A stretch of DNA of 52,745 bases, filler included, from Sphacelaria rigidula (Eukaryota), in the NCBI GenBank assembly GCA_964200075.2. It is 3 parts of 3 records of this genome, joined end to end, with 100 filler letters (N's around TTAATTAATTAA, not from the genome) between each part and the next. Parts side by side here need not be neighbours in the genome. Positions count along the whole stretch, not along the records: positions 35,239 to 52,745 come from CAXNAA020001062.1; 2 more parts are not named here. One strand, written 5' to 3'. Made by a program: the position numbers and the translations under genes. The notes under the pieces are model-generated. The model was not told the origin of the DNA. It was given only the letters and a program-made list of their open reading frames with translations, and did not search any database. This document shows, one piece after another, positions 47,401-52,745 of the stretch (its first letter is position 1; each line of letters opens with the position of its first letter).

Positions 47401-50400
47401 ATTAAACGCAACCTGTAGAGTGGAGTCGGTTTCAGAGGTGTGTGATATCGTACTACTGTTCTTGTTCTTCTCCGTTCTTGTTTTTGTTATTGTTATGATC
47501 AAATATATCATCAGCGTAAATGTCTTTCCACTCAATACTGTGGACAGTACATTTGTGTCCGGTTTTTCTATACTTTATCGAAGTCAAGAAGTGATCCGTT
47601 TCGGAACAACATTTACGCAAGACGCTCGGACTGAAGAGGAGAAAACTGTCACTCTTCTCTACCGTTCCGCAGAAGCAGGCCGAAAGATGATTCGTGACGA
47701 AAGGTCAAGTTGTAAATTCACCCACATTATTTGAAAGCCCCGTAGTCTCGACACTACCGGTACGGCGCACTGCACCCATGCACAGCAATCCAGTGTTTTT
47801 TGTTAGCGTCACGAACCACCACCACCTACCCTGCACACCCATCGGCCAATAACGGCGGGTCCGACGTACGTGCGCTGCTAGGACGCAGTGTGATGTGCAT
47901 TCTCCACCCTCACCTATCTCTCCAATTGCACTGTGTACCAGCACGGTGGAATGTTGAGCTCTATACTCTCTTGTGGATCTGTTACGCTGTGCATTTGGTG
48001 TAATACCCATCTCCGAAACAAACATATGCGCCCATGTAAATAAGACGGTCCGCGACTCCATCTCGAGCAAATTTTGTTGCGCAAACACGGTTGGCCCTCA
48101 TCCAACACCACTCCGAACGAATTTCCGTCAAACGACAGCCGCTGTGTGTACATTGTAGCAAGGGTACCGCTAATGCGCATAGATTAGCAAGGAAATGCAA
48201 GCTATTGCACGTATCTGTGCGTGTGTTTTCGGAGAGTTCAAGCACCCACGTGAACGGCAGACGGTGTTACATGTACTATAAAACAGTAGCACCACAGTAT
48301 GTACAGTGTAATAGCTCCCTCTCGGTGCTGGATGATCGCTGGTACCGTAGTTCGGCGAGAGCACTGAAGGAAGCAAGTGTGTATAGTACCTCTACTATCT
48401 GTATGTGCAGGCAGTGTAATAACGGGCAGACCGTCGCTATTGTGGAAGCAGCACACTGTTGGTGACCCACCTGTGCGCGTGTGTGAGCTGTGCAGCTGTG
48501 CGTGTGTGTACCGTTCACCCCCATCACGACGGGTAAAATGCAGTGGATATGCAACTGCGGTGTGCGACACATGCATTTCCACTTGCGACCACTCTGAAAT
48601 TAAGACATCCGCGGACAAACATCTGTGCACGGGTACCACGGACCATGTCGTGTATGCCGCACAGTATCATGATGGTGTATTGGGAACATCGCTGTGGGTA
48701 GTGTTGGTAGCCCGCAAGCGTGTGCGATACGTTCACCGGCGGTCTTCGTGCTACGTTGCTGCTACTGTATTTGCCGCTAGGTCGTGGTGACCCGTGTCTG
48801 CATGTGTGAGCTGGTGCTTTGACACAAACACTCTCACGCCCTCCCTCACAGGCTGCTGCAAAGCCGGGCTTTGTTGGATGGCAGTGCTTTGCAGTCAGTG
48901 CTTGCAAGCAAAAAAACTGCGGCACTACCCAGTATTTCATGTACGACTGCCCTTGTCAGTTCTTGGAAAGAAATAAGTATTGACTGGGGTACTGCCCTGT
49001 ATTCTACGGACGACGTGAGGTACCGTGCTTCTGAGTGCTTGCAAACAGTTTAAATCTTCTAGCAGCTTTCAAATAAAAGTTACAGTTTTCCTCCGCATTC
49101 GAGCGTTACAATTTATCGTTCGTTCAGTGTGCTACGAAGCCGGACTCTGTTGGATTGCAGGGCTTGGCAGTGCTCGGCAGTGCGTGCAGACAAGAAAAGT
49201 GCGGCACTGCCCCGTATTTTATGTACGACGGTCCTTGTCAGTGCTTGGAAAAAAATGAGCATTGACTGCGGTCCTGCCCTGTATTCTATGCACGGCGGTC
49301 CATAGCTGTACAGTTCAAGCTGTCGCGGAAATGGCCTACGGAGCACGATGTCGATGAGAAGATGGTGCTAAGTTTTGACTGAAGCACTGCCCTGTATTTT
49401 ATGGACGACGATCCTTGTCTGTGCTTGAAAAGAAAACTGCCCTGTATTCTATGCACGACGGTCCATGGCCGTACAGTGCAGGCTGTCACGGGCATGGTCT
49501 ACGGAGCAACATGTGGATGAGAAGGTGGTGCTATATATTCTTGTATGTGAAACGATGTGAAAGGATGAGCACGGGCAAGAAGAGTGCGTCGTCGCACACA
49601 ACGGTGTATACTGTAGGAAAATGTTCCGAAAATGATCATTTTTGTGCTTGGATTGGGTATGGAGTTTGAAGTCACCGGGATACCAGTTCACGCATTGAGC
49701 GAGTAGACATGTACGCTATTAACAATAATAGTGATGAGTATTATTAGTTTTTGATGATCGTTATGGTACATTATCGTTATGGTCATGTTTATACTCATCA
49801 TTATTGTCATTATCTATCATCTATCATCTATTATCTATCATCTATCATCATCATTATTGTCTTCTGACAGTAGGAGACTCAAGAATTGGAGTAGTGTATG
49901 GCGGTTCTCAGTCAATCGATGCAAACAAAACTTGGAGAAAACGTCAGCTGTCGCTAATATGCGTACAGGATATATATTTATGGGACTGATTAATGAAATC
50001 GCCTCATGAGAAAAAACAATAAGTCTTCACACCGACGACGACAAATAGAACAAAGGTTTGAAGGAATGTTCCCGGAATTTCAGCTCGCGTGATACACTCT
50101 TGCTCATACAGAGTACGCACAGCCCTCGTGTCTATCGAAATGTTTTTTTTAGTGGTGTATTTTCCAACACAGCAGCTCATTCCCGCGCAGGTGGCTGCAA
50201 CAAGGGCGATGGCATCGTCATCAGTAAAGAGGGAAAACCGAAAGGCGTTCTACGTGTGCCCTCTGTTGCTCTGGCATCGCATGGACACCGGCGCCGACCG
50301 AGCCGTGTACATGTTCGTTTTCTCGTGCCCTGGAGAGGCTCAAAATCTGGTAGGAAGATTTGGTGTTTAACCGCTAAACCTCGTTCGCGAGCGTAGAGGG

Positions 50401-52052
50401 AGGGGGAATGCGGGGCCAGGATGAAACACACTTCAGCAAAAAAATGTTGGAAATGATGAAGAAATACATCTACTTTGTGGCCAGTCTGTCACTGTAAGCC
50501 CGAAAAAGGCGCAAGTTCTCTTCACCGGCGGCAATGCGGTGTTGATTCTGGTTCTATGCGGTGATGTGATCTGCTACACCTACTATTGCAGCGAGTCGTG
50601 TTGAATACCGCAAGTAACAAGGTTTTCGTGAGAGTGAGAGTTGGGTGCGGATTGAGAGTGGCTTTGATCATTTGCTTTAACTCGGCCAATTTTTCATTCC
50701 GTGTGTGCTTTTCTTCGTCTCATCACTGCCGTGTGCTTACAGCTACACGTTGATATCCTACCCAGGGGTATCGAGGTCCTCAGTGGCAAGCTATTACAGA
50801 GAGAATATTGGGCCTGGTGAAGGTGCATGTCGGAACTGCAACGGCTTATTCACTATTTGACCGCTCTTCGCTCTCAATCGTACCTTCAACTCTCAATTTC
50901 ACGAAAACGTTGTCAAGTGTTGCTGACCCATGTTGGCAAGCGAGCAGCGGAGTACGTGCTTCCCGTGACGTTCGTTGCTCCCTTTTGTCCATGTACGTTT
51001 CGCAGGCTAGGGCTATTTCTGGGGTATGCCATGTAGAGATGCGCATTCCGCGGCGAGGCGGGGAGGTGAGACTTTTTTCGAAGGTTGTTTTTGCAGGCCG
51101 TGAGATGGGAGTTGTGTTGAGCGTAGTTGCTGTCTTCACATTAAAAACCGTTCGGATATCTGCGCGGTACATTGGTACTGGGCATCTGATGCGGACGCCT
51201 TCCCTGGTCACAGGCTAGCAAAAACAAAAAAACAAAAAAACAGACCCAGATGGAAAATAAAAAAACGCGATACAAGCAAAACAGGAATACATAATAAAGA
51301 AGAAAGAGAGTACAAATGGCTAATCTCAAAAGATCCGGTGCCGCAGGTGGCCATTCGGACTTCAGGGGATGGCACCCGGATTTCCAATTCGACGCGCGAC
51401 GACAAGTAGAAATGAACACAGGGTGTTGTAGAAAATATTTCTGCCCACTACCTTGCGATTCAGCATATCTATTTCCTTCGAAACAGTCACCAAAACATTC
51501 TCATATGTCTCCACTTCGATAGTTTAATAGGTTGATGGGTGATGACATTGACGTTCCTGCCACCAATCCAGCCGTGGTCACGAGATGGACGGAGCCATGC
51601 TAAACAAAGCGGAAGTGCTCCTCGTGAGGAAAAGAGATGGAGAAAAATAAGAATCGAAGAATACAGAGCGCTATGAGTTCGTGTTCAGCAGTTAAAGCCT
51701 TGTGTAATTCCCGAAACGTAAACTTTACACTCCCCGAGACGCAAAAAACGACCTCAGCCCCTCCGCCACTCTTCCTGACTGCGTGTTTGTAATACATCCT
51801 TTAACGATACTCGTCGCCCAGAGTCTGGTGCAGCGATCCTACAATGCATACGCGGTCAGAGTTCTCGATGCCTCTCCAGGCACGGCCGCTGCCATCTCAG
51901 CTAGGCATACTCTCAACGGAGTCCCAAAGATCGTGGTGCCAGCGAGAGATATGGAGGAAGGGGAGGGTAGCGATGGTGATCTTTGCGTGGAGATGCGAAT
52001 ACGGCTGTACGATGATGGGGCGATGAGCAAGCTCCTCAAGCGTTTGGCCACC
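35387..52052 (+). CDS. Spliced gene (5'- and 3'-partial): DOMON / cytochrome b561 / cytochrome b5 / FNR-type FAD-binding (cytochrome b5 reductase-like) fusion protein, putative trans-membrane reductase
   Basis: 15 exons: 35387-35471, 39653-39759, 40432-40549, 40823-40966, 42019-42113, 42598-42741, 42999-43104, 43527-43658, 43938-44039, 44483-44632, 45860-46057, 46368-46562, 50191-50349, 51006-51065, 51822-52052. All GT..AG, all phases consistent, 675 codons with no stop, and family motifs in the expected order. Confidence 0.85.
36212..36235. repeat. Interstitial telomere-type repeat (AACCCT)4
   Basis: aaccctaaccctaaccctaaccct. Confidence 0.85.
38107..38177 (-). mobile_element. 5'-truncated SINE tail, same family as 26132-26496
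   Basis: tgtgtgtgttgtcgtcccatctattctggatgcccgtctccacctttcggtatatgtcggcgcaccagccg matches 26132-26204. Confidence 0.7.
38178..38512. repeat. Dispersed repeat, inverted copy of 26590-26905
   Basis: Reverse-complement similarity over ~320 bp. Confidence 0.8.
39653..39759 (+). CDS. Fusion gene exon: DOMON with candidate Met heme ligand (GVGFGGTEMVKAQDFVIC)
   Basis: ttttgcag|GGT ... AAG CG|gtagga. Confidence 0.8.
40432..40549 (+). CDS. Fusion gene exon: DOMON (…GDWTSVTFLR…)
   Basis: ccttgcag|T CGC ... TCG CAG|gtacaa. Confidence 0.8.
40823..40966 (+). CDS. Fusion gene exon: DOMON C-terminus with candidate His ligand (DIIYAY…GQHPNTNRG)
   Basis: ccttgcag|GAT ... ACT GAG|gtgcgt. Confidence 0.8.
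42019..42113 (+). CDS. Fusion gene exon: cyt b561 TM1 (LHGCLMLFSWMILAPLGIYFAR)
   Basis: Canonical CYBDOM HG.LM..SW..L.P.G...AR motif; ttgacag|GTG ... AG|gtacac. Confidence 0.9.
42598..42741 (+). CDS. Fusion gene exon: cyt b561 TM2 (WHQRH) and third His (SEHA)
   Basis: gcacag|G TAC ... GCA AT|gtcagt. Confidence 0.8.
42999..43104 (+). CDS. Fusion gene exon: cyt b561 TM3 (WGIYLIVAVATQVLSGWLR)
   Basis: gcatag|A TGG ... AAT CAG|gtaccc. Confidence 0.8.
43527..43658 (+). CDS. Fusion gene exon: cyt b561 TM4 (HLHIWAGR)
   Basis: tttacag|ATG ... ATC GAG|gtgcca; H...GR motif. Confidence 0.85.
43938..44039 (+). CDS. Fusion gene exon: TM5 (YFFPLWFGFLVVAFAFYE)
   Basis: gcacag|TTC ... CGG|gtgaga. Confidence 0.8.
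44483..44632 (+). CDS. Fusion gene exon: linker and start of cyt b5 (RMYTWDEF)
   Basis: acctag|TTT ... TAC AAG|gtacca. Confidence 0.8.
44824..45265. mobile_element. ~440-bp fold-back MITE in an intron of the fusion gene
   Basis: Termini aacagccgatcatcgaa / ttcgatgatcggctgtt; arms pair throughout (ctggtagcta.tgacaactactaca / tgtagtagttgtcaatagctaccag); centre ggggaattcgggtgatcc-gatt-ggatcgccgaaattcccc. Confidence 0.85.
45860..46057 (+). CDS. Fusion gene exon: cytochrome b5 heme domain (CWVVVDGTIVDVSTFASRHPGG)
   Basis: HPGG motif; cgacag|GTA ... GAG|gtatac. Confidence 0.9.
46368..46562 (+). CDS. Fusion gene exon: end of cyt b5 (ALSKMTDMAVGYI) and linker
   Basis: caacag|GTG ... TTG|gtaaga. 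Confidence 0.8.
46655..46732 (-). mobile_element. Short 3'-end-only copy of the poly(C)-tailed LINE
   Basis: Reverse complement reads ctccgtctcgaaagggatgcgtggtcaatggtcaaacgactaaggcaagcaacaaatgagtat-C15. Confidence 0.85.
48855..49530. repeat. Nested direct duplications built on the motif ctgccctgtattctatgcacg
   Basis: 48860-49010 resembles 49138-49300; 49275-49370 resembles 49437-49530. Confidence 0.7.
49808..49858. repeat. (TATCATC)-type microsatellite
   Basis: tatctatcatctatcatctattatctatcatctatcatcatcatt. Confidence 0.85.
50191..50349 (+). CDS. Fusion gene exon: start of FAD-binding barrel (FYVCPLL…VYMFVFSCP)
   Basis: cgcgcag|GTG ... CTG|gtagga. Confidence 0.7.
50614..50810. repeat. Dispersed repeat, inverted copy of 17816-18013
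   Basis: Reverse-complement match over ~200 bp. Confidence 0.85.
51006..51065 (+). CDS. Fusion gene exon: FAD domain (GVCHVEMRI)
   Basis: ttcgcag|GCT ... GAG|gtgaga. Confidence 0.7.
51822..52052 (+). CDS. Fusion gene exon: FAD-binding motifs (VQRSYN … EMRIRLYDDGAMSKLL)
   Basis: RxY and Y..G.MS..L motifs of the cytochrome b5 reductase/FNR family; gcccag|AGT ... ACC|gtgagt. Confidence 0.8.
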
Positions 52053-52745
52053 GTGAGTGCCGAGGCAGTGGCACTTTAGCGTCGTTTGATGGAAATGTAA
52101 TGCACTTTCGAACTCTAGTCACCACTTTGTGCTGGTGCTGTCTGGTAGTATCGCGCACTTTACACGCATTATTTCCCCTCTCCGAATTTTTGCATGCAGT
52201 ACTGTCGCGACGCGGTCAGCGCCAAAGTGGGGTGATCGCAACGTTTTTTTTAATTGCGTTGTACGTTGTAGCCTATGCATACCCTTTTGTATAAAGCAGC
52301 ACTCCGTTTGATGGTAGGAGGCGAGCGATGAGGCGTCATCTCCCGCCGCATTGCCTGTCGCATCGTCTTCATTTCTTGCATCGATTGCCGAAGAAGGATC
52401 GGTGAAAACGTTATGAATCTGCTGCAGATTTTCATATGCGGCAGTCAATCAATCTAGAATATGGAATAATTCCACGCCGCAAGAAATCGTGACCCCTGAT
52501 GGCCACAGCAGATTGAAAATGTGGTGTGCGCTGTTCGATTGCGGCCATCAGTGTTTCCTCTCGGTCAGGCCGGATGTTATGGCAACCAGAGTTTTGCCCC
52601 ACGGATTGTTCACCTTTGGGACGTTTGACTCACCTTTTGACCCCCAAGCAAAGAAAACCGCCAACACACGCCTCGGACACTTTGTATCACCCCACAGAGA
52701 GGAGCCTAGGCTGCCTTTCAGATTCGCTTGGCTCCGAGGTTCGAG

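Noticed and set aside
46740-47450. Short minus-strand ORFs next to the LINE tail
   Set aside because: No recognisable motifs; probably decayed repeat sequence, but I cannot support a family assignment.
47584-49960. Possible additional linker exons of the fusion gene (~47584-47703, ~49871-49942)
   Set aside because: Splice sites and frames are ambiguous, and the flanking exons already join in phase 0. Cannot be excluded without RNA data.

Overview
Eukaryotic, intron-rich genomic DNA. The repeat style, intron sizes and (TTAGGG)n-type repeats suggest a brown alga or related stramenopile (inference). The window has three blocks joined by artificial 100-bp N spacers containing TTAATTAATTAA. I reconstructed three spliced genes by hand from GT-AG sites and phase continuity. 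(1) A + strand 7-exon gene (505-11422, ~1219 aa) with one N-terminal RRM followed by a very long Gly/Pro/Met/RGG and Gly/Tyr/Ser low-complexity tail. (2) A - strand gene of unknown function with a 2.6-kb terminal exon (19771-22361) and at least three smaller upstream exons. (3) The most interesting: a + strand gene of at least 15 exons (35387-52052, open at both ends) encoding DOMON - cytochrome b561 (5 TM, 4 His) - cytochrome b5 (HPGG) - FNR/cytochrome-b5-reductase-type FAD domain, an apparent complete trans-membrane electron-transfer chain in one polypeptide. There is also an orphan Pro/Ala/Val-repeat exon (~30790-31513). Introns and intergenic DNA contain three copies of a degenerate non-LTR retrotransposon ending in poly(C) rather than poly(A), a tRNA-derived SINE, mariner/Stowaway-like and hAT-like MITEs, two long fold-back palindromes, and several dispersed and tandem repeats.
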